64,000 bases of DNA. Source: Mytilus edulis (taxonomy: Eukaryota). The first letter of the stretch is position 1. Each line of letters opens with the position of its first letter. The stretch covers positions 9,362,001 through 9,426,000 of the forward strand of contig NC_092351.1 of assembly GCF_963676685.1 (NCBI RefSeq), read 5' to 3'. This document shows positions 49,320-59,917 of the stretch, piece after piece. The notes beneath the pieces were generated by a model that was not told the DNA's origin, did no database searches, and saw nothing but the letters and a program-made list of their open reading frames with translations. The position numbers were made by a program, and so were the translations under genes.

Positions 49320-51314
49320 TATCATATACACTACATGAATCTAGGCAAACGAGAAAGTTTTATTGAATTTTCACTGACATGACTGGAACTGAATCAAAGT
49401 GGATATTAGTGCTAAGAAGTAAATGAATTGCGATAATACAAAGCTATGAAATACTATATGAAAAATATAACAAAAGAAATTTTGGCACACTCGTAACTGA
49501 TATTATATAATAGAACGAGATACAGAAAGATGGAAACAACACTGAACATCACACATCAAAATTGGTATAATATTCCTTACCAACTACAAAGACCTAATAT
49601 TTTTTGGTTAAACACATTTTCCTATTTAATCAAATGGTCTTTTTATAAAAAAAATGTTGGTGTAGCTACATGTATAGGTGTTGTAGTCGTTACAGTTTTT
49701 TAAATATACACCAGACAAACAGCAAAATGATAAAAGCCATATTTTTTTAACTTTTATAAAAATGATGCGAAATATACCAAATGGACATTCAAACTCATTT
49801 ATAGAAAATTAAATGATAACGCCATGGCAAGAATAAAGGAAAAAGACCAACAGTCAACAACGGCTACCAAAACACAAAATTGAAAACTAAAGACCGAGCA
49901 ACACGGACTGGACTCCCTACAAATACCAGGGGCGATCTCATGTGCTCTGGTAATTAGTTATGTATCTTTTAGGTGATACCATATAACATCATGTCATTAA
50001 CATCCGAATAGGACATTTGATACTATCTTGTGTGTTAAAATCTTTTGCATTAAATCATATTAAATGACTAAAACTCATTAAAACCAAACTTTACACCACT
50101 TTATAGATATAATCATAAATTTCGACGCATTCCCTCTAACAAATATATTTTCAAGGTATACAACTGAAATCTCCCCCGTCCCCTCCCTTAACACACTCTT
50201 CCATTAATGTATGTTGATCGTGACTTGTAATTTTTAGCCCTCATTATTTTAAATTTTCTGAAACTCATAAGTTATACTTAATAGTCTACTTCTTATGGGG
50301 TATACAGCGGTCACAGTTGGTTCGATATGTACTTGGTTTCAGTAACGGTTCAAATTTCAATAAACGCAATATTATCAATATTATCAATGCTTAAACATTT
50401 ATTACATGATATACATATACTAAATTGCTTTTATCACAGATGTAGATAAAAAGTTATTAAACGGAATACAATAAACATTCTAAAAACATACATTTATAAC
50501 ATTTGATATTTTTTGCATGAAACTTTCAAAATATGATATAACAATTGTTTACATCCTCATGGTCTGGTATCTGACGGATGGTTAACTTATTGGCAATCAT
50601 ACCTCATTTCCTTGTGTGCATATTGCAAATCTTTTAAGATAGTCTTATTTTCTAATGAAAGTGATGTTGGCCTCCTAAATTGTCATGATGACATACATTG
50701 TATGTTTTGTAGCATAATTTATATATACAAGTTAGGGAATGTCATTTTATTTATTTATTTATTTCTTCAAAGACCTCAGAAAATAATAAAAACAAAAATA
50801 CTTTTTTGTTCAATTATTGCGCTGATTCATGGCTTCAATAGAATTGTGAATGGAAATGGGGAATGTGTCAACCAGACAACAACCCGACCATAGAAAAAAC
50901 AACAGCAGAAGGTCACGAAACACGACTCACATACATGTTTAATCTTTCTGTTTTGAATCACTGTTGCTGTAGCTCATGATCCTAAGTATTCCAGTTTTGT
51001 GTGTGCCATTTATATGGCTGAATTAAAACAGCCGCCAACATAAGAGTGAAGGATGCATGGTTTAATACAAAGAAGTTGAAAGTACGTTTATTTCGATTAT
51101 TTTGTGTACATGCCTTAGAATGTTAGTTTTACTCCTTTGAATTGATTTACATTTATCATTCCAGGGCCTCTTATAGCTGACTGTGCAGCGTGGACTTTGC
51201 ACATTGTTATAAGACGTACAGTGACCTATAGTTGTTTTATTTCTGTGTCATATGTTCTCTTGTGAAGTGTTGTCTCATTGGCAATCATTCCTCATCATCC
51301 TTTTTATATATATA

Positions 51315-52053
51315 CTAGAACACACCCGTGATATCGCGGGTCCGTGACTGAATTAAAGTATATAACTATGCGCAAGCCTTATTTTAGTATTAGTACTGTC
51401 ATCTAGTAAAGTCATGCCGATTATAAGATACACAATTTTCTCTGCTTTCAAATCTTTCTGTTTGAACCCGTCGAACTGGAACTTATCAATTATTGGTAAC
51501 ATTAATTATTTGGAAAACAAAAGGTCCTGGAATGGAGTATTTTTTAATCAACAGCATTGTCCTATATTAGTTATAAATAAAGTTGAATTATCTGATTCGC
51601 TGTTTTACGTCATGCCCGCTAACAAATTGAAACTTATTTTTAGTCCAGATTTTTAGTATTCGTATTGTTATCTTAAAAAGTCTTACGAATTAAAATACTA
51701 CAATAGGTAGCAATTTGACAATTTAGTAGTGTCAACCCTGTGATTATGACCCGTGTATATAGCATATTAATCCTGAATATACCGTTTGGTGTTGCGCCTG
51801 TCAGATGCGGAACGTACAGATAAGGTAATAGGTAACAGGTGATTATACCATTGGTATCGGTATCGGACTCGACCCGGAACTTCCTAATTATTGGCAATAT
51901 TAATTACGTGGAAAACAAAAGGGCCTGGAGTGGTGTAATTTTTAATCTACACCTTTGTACTATATTAGTTGTATATAAAGTTGAATTCTTTGATTCGTCG
52001 TTTTTACGTGATGACGGCTGACAAATTGGACCTCGTAATTTTAGTATTATAGA
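51315..52053 (-). mobile_element. Non-autonomous Helitron, copy B
   Basis: Same family as 46464-47207. Intact hairpin cccgtgatatcgcggg next to CTAG, TC 5' end, A|T target. Confidence 0.9.
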
Positions 52054-52609
52054 TATATACTCAGACGAGATATGGTTAGATAAAAAGACAATACAAATTG
52101 ATAGCTGCTTGCTTAACGTAAAGTGGCAAATGATTTATGGAATTTCATGACGATTGCAAATAAACAATTAATATCAGATTATGCAGGTTTTGCAAGATAG
52201 ATGGAATTAGAAGGAGTGATGGAAATTCGCATTGTACAGTGTATTTTCTACATAAATGTTATATAAATAATTATTTCTATTAAATTTCTACAGTAACATG
52301 CGACCTAATTAAACTCGAATGACTTACACAGCATATATTATGCAATAACAACATCTTTTGTTCTTCCCATAATCTTCCATGTAGGAATAGCCAGAATACT
52401 AAAATACAAATGTAGAAATAGCCAGAAGACAACGTTCAAGACAGTTTATCAATAGCTATAAAGCTAGCTGGCAGAGTCTTGATAATTTTAAATGAGTAAG
52501 GCGTAGAAGGATACTCAGTATTGAGTGCATTTAACTCTGGATTAAAATACACGCCATTGCTTGAACAACATACACTGCAACTCTTTAAGATCTTTGTTTC
52601 AGACTTTTA

Positions 52610-53066
52610 AGCTTCTTTTGAACCGATCCGTTGGGCCCCATGTGAGCTTATGCTATCACTTGGCGTCCGTCGTCGTCTGTCGTCTGTGGTCTTCTGTCTT
52701 CTGTCACCGTCGTACCAAATACCTTCAATCTTTAACTAAATGTGCCATAGGGTATCTAGTTTATAAATTGTATTCAATGTTTGAGCCATCAACACACATG
52801 GCCGCCATGGTTTAAATCAGCGTAGAACATAGTGGTCAAATGCAGTTTTTGGCTTATATATCAGAAACAAAAGCATTTAGAGCAAATCTGACATGGGGTA
52901 AAATTGTTCAAAAGGTCAAGCTCTATCAGCCCTTAAAATTTACAGGCAAACTGTGGGTTGCTGCAACAAAATTGTTTATTTTAAGGAAATTGTGCAGTTT
53001 TTGGTTATTATTTTGATTATTATTGAAGATAAAAATAAACAGCAAAAATGGCCAGCAAAGTAAGAT
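52610..53066 (+). mobile_element. Truncated Helentron-associated (HINE-like) element with GTC-type microsatellite
   Basis: tgtgagctt...atcacttggcgtccgtcgtcgtctgtcgtctg followed by a satellite-like core (atggccgccatgg...tgcagtttttgg). Family assignment is from resemblance only. Confidence 0.5.
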
Positions 53067-53430
53067 TTACCTTGAAGTTTGCGATCGCTATTTTGTTTTC
53101 TTTTTTTTAAGCAGTTTTAGATAGTACGTATTGTGTATTGCTGCTTTGCTTTGGCTTAACGGCAGGAAAGTCGTCACCAGTTGAATTTAGTGATATTTCA
53201 TTTTCTTTATTCAGTCTCTATTCTTTTTTTTTTTTTTTTTTTTAACAACATAATAATATTTATTCATCTAATCTTGCTTGTTACAAGTTTCACCAAGAGT
53301 CCAAGCTTCTCTTGATTTACCCTGTTACACTCCACTGATTATCCAGGGAAATAAACAGCTAATCAAACTTATTAAGTTATAAAAAATAATATAAAGTTGT
53401 ATAGTTGTCTTATGCAGAGATTTATCAATG

Positions 53431-56400
53431 CTAAAAATTCTTTCTAATTGACAATAATATTGGACATCTTGTATTATATGCATCTATTCTTTTATTAAAT
53501 TCATTTTCAAAAATGCTAAAGACATCAACAGTTTGTGTTCTCTGCTCGGATACATAGTATGACTTATATATAGAAAAACTTAATACTGTTAGTATATAAT
53601 TCAGAAAATAATAATTACTATCTGCGATTTTATATCCAAATACCAGATGTTGCAATTTAATATCAAAATCTATTTTACTTCTTCTAAAGAGTTCATAGAT
53701 TTTTTGCCAAAATTTATTCAAATATCTACACTTCAAAAAATAGTGAGCATAATCTTCTTCTTGCTTACAAAAATTACATTTATCTGTCTTAGTTACTTTC
53801 CACTGCAATAACAGTTTTTTAGTTGGAACAATATAATGTAATAATTTCCATCTAAATATTTTTAATTTATTTTCAGTCATATATTCAAAAATAAATTTGT
53901 ACAATGAATTCATATTAAGAGTTTCTTGTATTGGTAGGATTCTAAGCCATCTGTTTATCCCTATTGACGACTCTAGTTTTGTATTTACCAAAGAGTTGTA
54001 TAACATTTTATTTGTTAATAATGTAGTCTCAATAAAATTATTTTTCCATACGATTTTATTTCTCTGAATATTTATTGTAGTTTTGACAGAACTCTCTTTT
54101 TGAACAATTTGAATCCATTCTGCTGGTATAGATTTTTTTAATTTTTGAAACTCGGCGATCCAGTTTATTTTTAACTTTAATTTGTTTAGAATGTAGATTT
54201 CTGATAATGACAATTTATCATCTAAGATATCATTTATGTAAATTAAATCACTCTTAATCCAGTTCTCAAATATGATTGGTTTATTATCAAATTTTATATA
54301 TTTATTTCCCCATATTACTTGCTTTCTAATATCAAAAAATGTGTCTGGTTGTTTTGTTTGCCCCCCGCCAGTCAAATTCCAAGACTTTATTACTTCTTTA
54401 TAAAACGCAGGAATATCTTTAAGATATCTTAAAGATTTGATATCACTAAAATTCATATTAAATATTGACAAAATATTGTTTGAGACATTTAAGTATTTAA
54501 ATGGTATAAGCTTCCAAGTCTCAAGTTTACCATTTACCAATCTATTTACCCATGATGCTTTTAAAGCCACAAAATAACTTTTAAAGTCTACCATTTTAAG
54601 ACCCCCCTTCTCATATGGACCAATCATCATGTTTCTTTTAATCTTGTCTGGTTTCCCATCCCAAATATATTTATAGCTACTGTTTTCTATTTCTTTTATA
54701 TAATTTTCTGGGGTTAGACATACGCTTCCCAAGAAAGTAAACAAAGGCAATATTAAAGTCTTTATAATTAGGATTTTTCCTAAAATAGAAAGATTTCGTT
54801 TTTTCCATATCATAAATAATTTATTCATCTTTTCTATTTTACCATTCCAGTTTAACTTTTTGCATTCTTCTTTGTCATGTCCGAAAAACACCCCTAAAGC
54901 TTTAATAGGTTTATCTCCCCACTTAATCCCGACAATTTTATCTTTACAAGATTTCAATTTTCCAATCCATAATCCCTCTGTTTTATTTCTATTTAGTAGT
55001 AAACCTGAAAAGGAACCAAAAATTTCTATTTCGTTCATTGCAGCTACCACATCGTTTTTATCCTTGCAAAATAGTGTTGTGTCGTCTGCTAATTGTGAAA
55101 TCTTGATACTATGACTTTTCCCATCTAATTTTATATTAATTCCTTTTACATTTTTATTATTTCTTAATCTCTGGGCCATAATTTCAACAGCCAAAACAAA
55201 TAAAAGAGCCGATAAAGGACAGCCTTGTCTTATTCCACGTGAATTTTTGAAAGTTTCTGATACCCACCCATTGTTCATAACACATGTTTGTATATCTGTG
55301 TACATTGCTTTAACCCAGTTAATAAATGAATCGTTAAAACCAAAATGTTTCAATGTTCCAAACATAAAATCCCATTCCAATGAATCGAACGCTTTTGTAA
55401 AATCTACAAAAACTAATGCCCCCTTAATATTATATGTGTCTGCGTAGTCTATTACATCTTGAATTTGTCTCAAATTAAACCCAATAAATCTGTTTTTAAC
55501 ATAACCGGTTTGGTCTTCATTTATAATTTTTGGCAGTACCTTTTTTAATCTTTGAGCTAGAACATATGACAAAAGTTTAAAATCTACATTTAAAAGTGAA
55601 ATTGGACGGTAGTTTTCCAAAAGTAAAGGATCTCCTTTTTTAAATATTAAAGTTAATATACTGGTACGTTGTGAGTATGATAAACTTTGTTTATCGTAGC
55701 CAGTATTTAGAACATCCACAACTAAAAATTTAAGTTTATCCCAAAATTGTCTATAAAATTCAACCGTTAGACCATCAAGCCCTGGTGATTTATTTAGTTT
55801 CATTTTATAAATGCCTTGCGTGCATTCCTCTACTGTAACTTTTCCATCGCATATCAGTTTATCCTTTTCGTCTACTTGATTTTCTAATTTTGTGTCATTG
55901 ATATATTTTTCAGTTAAATTTTTATTTGCAGATTTTACATTATACAAGTTTTCATAGAAATTTTTTATTTTATGGAGTAAATTTTCTTGATTAGTAATTA
56001 ATTCCCCATCCTCTCCTTTTAGTTTGCTTATTGATTTTTTCACTTGCCTCTTCTTTTCTAGACCGAGGAAGTAGGAATTGTTCTTTTCCCCAAACTCAAC
56101 CCATTTTTCTCTAGATCTAATTTGTGCCCCTCTTGCCTTTTCGTCATAAATGTTACTTAATTCTTTTTCTATATCTTTAATTTCTTTTTCCAAATTTTGA
56201 TTTTCATCATTATTTCTCTCATCTATAAGTTCCATCTTTTGTTCCAGATCTTGTTCTAAACTACGCCTTCGCTCTCTTGTTAACTTCGCTTTATTTCTAC
56301 AGTAAGTTGTAGTTACTTCCCTTACCTCGATTTTAAATCCATCCCATAAAAGCCTACAATCTATTGAGTCTTTTTTAAATGTATATTTATCAATTAAACA

Positions 56401-57213
56401 TTTTATACATTCTTGATAATCTTTATTTTGTAATACTGAGTTATTTATTTTCCAATACCCATTTCCCCTTTCTGATAACCCTGGCTTAAATTTTAAAAAT
56501 ACACTTTGGTGATCAGTAGACTGTATAACAGCCGGTTTAATTTTACACCATTCTATAAGAGGTAAAAATTCTGACCCAATAAAAATCATGTCTAGTCTAC
56601 TAGCTTGTGATTTATCTTTTCTTCTCCATGTAAATTGCTGTTTATTTGTGTTTAAATTTCTCCAAACATCCGTTAATTTGTTAGTTTTTATTAATTGCTT
56701 TAATCCGTTAACAGGTTGAATAAATTTACCAGTACATAAAGACTTTCTATCGATTGGTTTAAGTGCATCATTAAAATCTCCCCCTAGTATATGTATACCA
56801 AGACTGTATTCTTTCAAATTATCGCTTACTTTTTTAAAAAAAGAATTTCTTGAAGTTTTACAGTTCGGTGCATATATGCTGGAAAATGTGAAAATAGTAT
56901 TATTTAATTGCACATTAATAAGTATAAATCTCCCTTCACTATCACTAAATTTATTTATAAATTCAAAGCTCAGTGACTTTTTAATTAAAATAGCTACTCC
57001 CCTACTAGCTGTTGTACCGTTACTGCAAAAAGTTTCATATTCTGTTTTATTTTTAATTTCTCTTTCAATATTTTCGTCAAAATGTGTTTCTTGTAAAAAT
57101 GTAATTTGACTTTTCTGTGCTTTTATCCATTCTATTACTCTATTCCTTTTCCCTCTAGAACCGATGCCATTAACATTGAGACTACATAAGTTAATTGTAT
57201 GTGCTAAAGCCAT
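53431..57213 (-). CDS. LINE ORF2: APE endonuclease + reverse transcriptase + C-terminal Cys/His finger, 1260 aa
   Basis: EN motifs SLNVNG, LQETH, IYAPN, GGDFN, SRLD, TDH; RT motifs KSPGLDG, YRPISLLN, DFTKAFD, GIRQGCPLS, LADD; C-terminal CNFC...EDYAHYFLKC. Confidence 0.97.
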   Translation of the reverse strand: MALAHTINLCSLNVNGIGSRGKRNRVIEWIKAQKSQITFLQETHFDENIEREIKNKTEYETFCSNGTTASRGVAILIKKSLSFEFINKFSDSEGRFILINVQLNNTIFTFSSIYAPNCKTSRNSFFKKVSDNLKEYSLGIHILGGDFNDALKPIDRKSLCTGKFIQPVNGLKQLIKTNKLTDVWRNLNTNKQQFTWRRKDKSQASRLDMIFIGSEFLPLIEWCKIKPAVIQSTDHQSVFLKFKPGLSERGNGYWKINNSVLQNKDYQECIKCLIDKYTFKKDSIDCRLLWDGFKIEVREVTTTYCRNKAKLTRERRRSLEQDLEQKMELIDERNNDENQNLEKEIKDIEKELSNIYDEKARGAQIRSREKWVEFGEKNNSYFLGLEKKRQVKKSISKLKGEDGELITNQENLLHKIKNFYENLYNVKSANKNLTEKYINDTKLENQVDEKDKLICDGKVTVEECTQGIYKMKLNKSPGLDGLTVEFYRQFWDKLKFLVVDVLNTGYDKQSLSYSQRTSILTLIFKKGDPLLLENYRPISLLNVDFKLLSYVLAQRLKKVLPKIINEDQTGYVKNRFIGFNLRQIQDVIDYADTYNIKGALVFVDFTKAFDSLEWDFMFGTLKHFGFNDSFINWVKAMYTDIQTCVMNNGWVSETFKNSRGIRQGCPLSALLFVLAVEIMAQRLRNNKNVKGINIKLDGKSHSIKISQLADDTTLFCKDKNDVVAAMNEIEIFGSFSGLLLNRNKTEGLWIGKLKSCKDKIVGIKWGDKPIKALGVFFGHDKEECKKLNWNGKIEKMNKLFMIWKKRNLSILGKILIIKTLILPLFTFLGSVCLTPENYIKEIENSSYKYIWDGKPDKIKRNMMIGPYEKGGLKMVDFKSYFVALKASWVNRLVNGKLETWKLIPFKYLNVSNNILSIFNMNFSDIKSLRYLKDIPAFYKEVIKSWNLTGGGQTKQPDTFFDIRKQVIWGNKYIKFDNKPIIFENWIKSDLIYINDILDDKLSLSEIYILNKLKLKINWIAEFQKLKKSIPAEWIQIVQKESSVKTTINIQRNKIVWKNNFIETTLLTNKMLYNSLVNTKLESSIGINRWLRILPIQETLNMNSLYKFIFEYMTENKLKIFRWKLLHYIVPTKKLLLQWKVTKTDKCNFCKQEEDYAHYFLKCRYLNKFWQKIYELFRRSKIDFDIKLQHLVFGYKIADSNYYFLNYILTVLSFSIYKSYYVSEQRTQTVDVFSIFENEFNKRIDAYNTRCPILLSIRKNF

Positions 57214-58540
57214 TATTAAAGTTACAAATTAATGATCTTATTAGCTTCAACAATGATATATTAACTATAGCATGCATAGTACTGCTCATATTTACTATAA
57301 GATTGACATAAATATACATCATTTTAATAAAGTCATATTTATAGCACAATTTTCTATAAAATAAAAACATATAATATTTACCAGTAGGTATACCCTGGTG
57401 TGACCTCCACATAATTATTGATACGCTACTAAACCACGGGTCTATCGTGTGCCCTTTAATACATGTTGATACATACCAATAAAGATAATTGGCTAAGTTC
57501 GGAAAAAAGACATACATAAATTTTATACATTCCCTGTGTGAACTATGTGCTTTCGATTGTGTATACAATCTATTCGATATTTTATTTATCAACGCATTAT
57601 GTATTCGATTGAGTTGTGTAATGGAATATCTTTGTGAAAGTTCGAAACAAAAAGATTCTTCCGCTTTGTGTGTGCATGATGATGTAATTGTATTTACAAG
57701 TCTGCCAATTTTATAAGACAAAATTTCAACCGGGATATAAGTTATTTGTGTATTATACACTTCTACACTGCTTTGTATTTTTAGCTCAACAAATTGAATC
57801 TGAAGTTTATCAAGTGTTGGATTGTATAAATATGTGTGCGGTTTTTCAATCAATTGTTTTGGATTATATAACCATGAGTGGTTCATGTGACCATATCTAT
57901 ATTTTGCAGGTAAGTAACTATTTTTGATAAACATTTTATTATCGTATGTTTTATTGAATTTCAGGTGTTGTTGAGAAAATGTTGTACTGAGACTAACGAA
58001 TCTCGTGTATGGCTTATCGTTGATTGACACTGCGTGTTGTGTTACTAAAAATAGCATAGGTAAAAACCCAAATAGTCTACTTGTCAGTTTGATAATATTG
58101 AACAGCTGATTTCTAAAAGTTTGTTCTATACAAGATTGTTCTATACGAGAGTCATTACTATAACTTTCAATAGTTTTGTAGCAATTTGTACATATTGATT
58201 TTACTACTAAGTCGTTAATCTGTCTAAAGATTGTTATACCCGTACATAATATTGGTACATAGAAGACATATAGTATTTTAACAACTTTTAACACATTCAA
58301 TTTTATCACATTCAATTTGTTACATCTGTTATACACTTCTCTACAACATGATTGAACTCTTTCAAAGAGCTTAAAACTTTTATATACTTTTATTAATTTT
58401 TTTTTCATGTATTCATGGTATTTGATATAAAATAAAATTTCAGCAAAACAAAAAAGTAAGCTGAGACATATAAAACATTCACTAATGTTTTTTATGTATG
58501 ATTGGTTAACTCTTAATCTGAGCTTGAATTTGTTGTACAT
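57191..58540 (-). CDS. Extra 449-aa ORF of unknown function between LINE ORF1 and ORF2; several hydrophobic segments
   Basis: ATG-initiated, on the element's sense strand, fills almost the whole inter-ORF space and overlaps the ORF2 start by 23 nt. No recognisable domain. Confidence 0.6.
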   Translation of the reverse strand: MYNKFKLRLRVNQSYIKNISECFICLSLLFCFAEILFYIKYHEYMKKKLIKVYKSFKLFERVQSCCREVYNRCNKLNVIKLNVLKVVKILYVFYVPILCTGITIFRQINDLVVKSICTNCYKTIESYSNDSRIEQSCIEQTFRNQLFNIIKLTSRLFGFLPMLFLVTQHAVSINDKPYTRFVSLSTTFSQQHLKFNKTYDNKMFIKNSYLPAKYRYGHMNHSWLYNPKQLIEKPHTYLYNPTLDKLQIQFVELKIQSSVEVYNTQITYIPVEILSYKIGRLVNTITSSCTHKAEESFCFELSQRYSITQLNRIHNALINKISNRLYTQSKAHSSHRECIKFMYVFFPNLANYLYWYVSTCIKGHTIDPWFSSVSIIMWRSHQGIPTGKYYMFLFYRKLCYKYDFIKMMYIYVNLIVNMSSTMHAIVNISLLKLIRSLICNFNNGFSTYN

Positions 58541-58627
58541 ATTTTAAATATTTTTGTAGTTTAATTTATATGATAAAACTATAATACAATCCTTTAATGT
58601 CATTAAGATATTAATTTGAACATTTGA

Positions 58628-59917
58628 TTATGCTTTAGTCTTTTTAGTTCCATGAACTCCAGTAGTTTTCTCATGTAGAGCTTCAGTTGGTGTTGGTGGT
58701 GTTCTGTCTCCTGCATTAACTGTTCTTCTATGTGGTGTTCTGACAAACCTCTCCATAGATGGTTGTGTTTTGTCTGTGTTACCACTATTGCCAAGATTGG
58801 TTTTTTGTTGTCCTGACTTGTTTGCATGTTTCTTGCTACCACCTCTTGTGTTTTCAGATGTTTTTGAAGAAGGAGATTTTGTTGGAGTTTTTGTAAGTTC
58901 TACACTCTCCTCCTGTACATTGTCATCACCAGACTCAATGCAATTCTGCTCTAATTGCTGATTATTCTCATCTTTGTCCTGGAAGTTTTTTTGACAGTCA
59001 ATCATTTTGTGTCCACTCTCTTTGCAAATTTTACAAGCCCAATCATTAGGGCACTGGAACAGCATATGTCCTGGTTGAAGGCATTTGTGACAAATTCTTT
59101 CTTCTGAATTGTTATTTCTGTTTTCGAATTCAGGTTGGCCCGAATGGAAAATTCTGCCCATGTATTTTCCAATTTGCAAATTTCTAGGTATAGGTTTATC
59201 TAGTGTCTTACTAATCACTAGTCTATCACCAGTCTCACAGTTGGTTACTTTTCCGTCTATGCGCAAACGCTCCCTAAACAATCCCTGAATTTTACAGCCT
59301 TGAAGGGATAGGGCTCGATGTATTTGCCCATCGTCCGCAGAAAGGGGGATGTTCTTCACCTTTATGCGGATTGTGTCACTTTGTAACGTAGATGGATTGT
59401 GAGGGTTTTGTGAGAGAAGGGGTACTTGCCTGCCACGTAAGTTTAACCCCTGTACTAACAAAGACAGTCTGTCACCCTCATTGTCCATGTATATACGCCA
59501 CATCTCTCTTATTCTTTGTATCCCCTTAATGCACTCTTCTGGGACTTTAGCACCAATTGACTTGTATATTTCGACATTTGTGAGCCATTGGGTGCGAGGA
59601 GGTTTGACCGAGCCATGAACATCTTGATCTTTCAAGAAAATAGGTTTTACAAAATCGCCCGGGTCACTTTGTTCTCTTGGTGCTTTATAGTGAGTATTAT
59701 TCTCTGTATATGATTGATCAGATTGAATGTTACTTTGATTTTTGTGAATATCTGAAACTGCCTCGGCGTACGTCGCCATTTTGTCATTGTTTACATCTGA
59801 ACTGACCGTCGCTTCATTTTGTAATGTAAATGTATCAGTACCCTGTAGACCTTCTATAAGCCTTTGAAGGCGATCCTGAGTCATTTTTCTGCATAATGCT
59901 TCTACTTCTGCATTCAT
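58628..59917 (-). CDS. LINE ORF1 (gag-like RNA-binding protein with two CCHC knuckles), 429 aa
   Basis: TYAEAV motif, CHKCLQPGHMLFQC and CKICKESGHKMIDC, low-complexity C-terminus; first ORF after the 5' UTR. Confidence 0.92.
   Translation of the reverse strand: MNAEVEALCRKMTQDRLQRLIEGLQGTDTFTLQNEATVSSDVNNDKMATYAEAVSDIHKNQSNIQSDQSYTENNTHYKAPREQSDPGDFVKPIFLKDQDVHGSVKPPRTQWLTNVEIYKSIGAKVPEECIKGIQRIREMWRIYMDNEGDRLSLLVQGLNLRGRQVPLLSQNPHNPSTLQSDTIRIKVKNIPLSADDGQIHRALSLQGCKIQGLFRERLRIDGKVTNCETGDRLVISKTLDKPIPRNLQIGKYMGRIFHSGQPEFENRNNNSEERICHKCLQPGHMLFQCPNDWACKICKESGHKMIDCQKNFQDKDENNQQLEQNCIESGDDNVQEESVELTKTPTKSPSSKTSENTRGGSKKHANKSGQQKTNLGNSGNTDKTQPSMERFVRTPHRRTVNAGDRTPPTPTEALHEKTTGVHGTKKTKA

Larger units (their letters stand above)
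32453..51090 (+). repeat. Copy 2 of the tandem segmental duplication
   Basis: Same anchors as copy 1. It lacks the copy-1 insertions (KolobokP-like, PLE, BEL) and has its own (Helitron, MITEs). The right boundary is approximate. Confidence 0.93.

Noticed and set aside
57191-58540. Calling the middle LINE ORF an env gene
   Set aside because: No clear signal peptide, furin site or fusion-protein pattern is visible; only hydrophobic segments can be supported.
58541-58627. Simple stop-codon readthrough fusing ORF1 to the middle ORF
   Set aside because: The frames match, but a second in-frame TAA lies two codons before the middle-ORF ATG, so two readthroughs would be needed.
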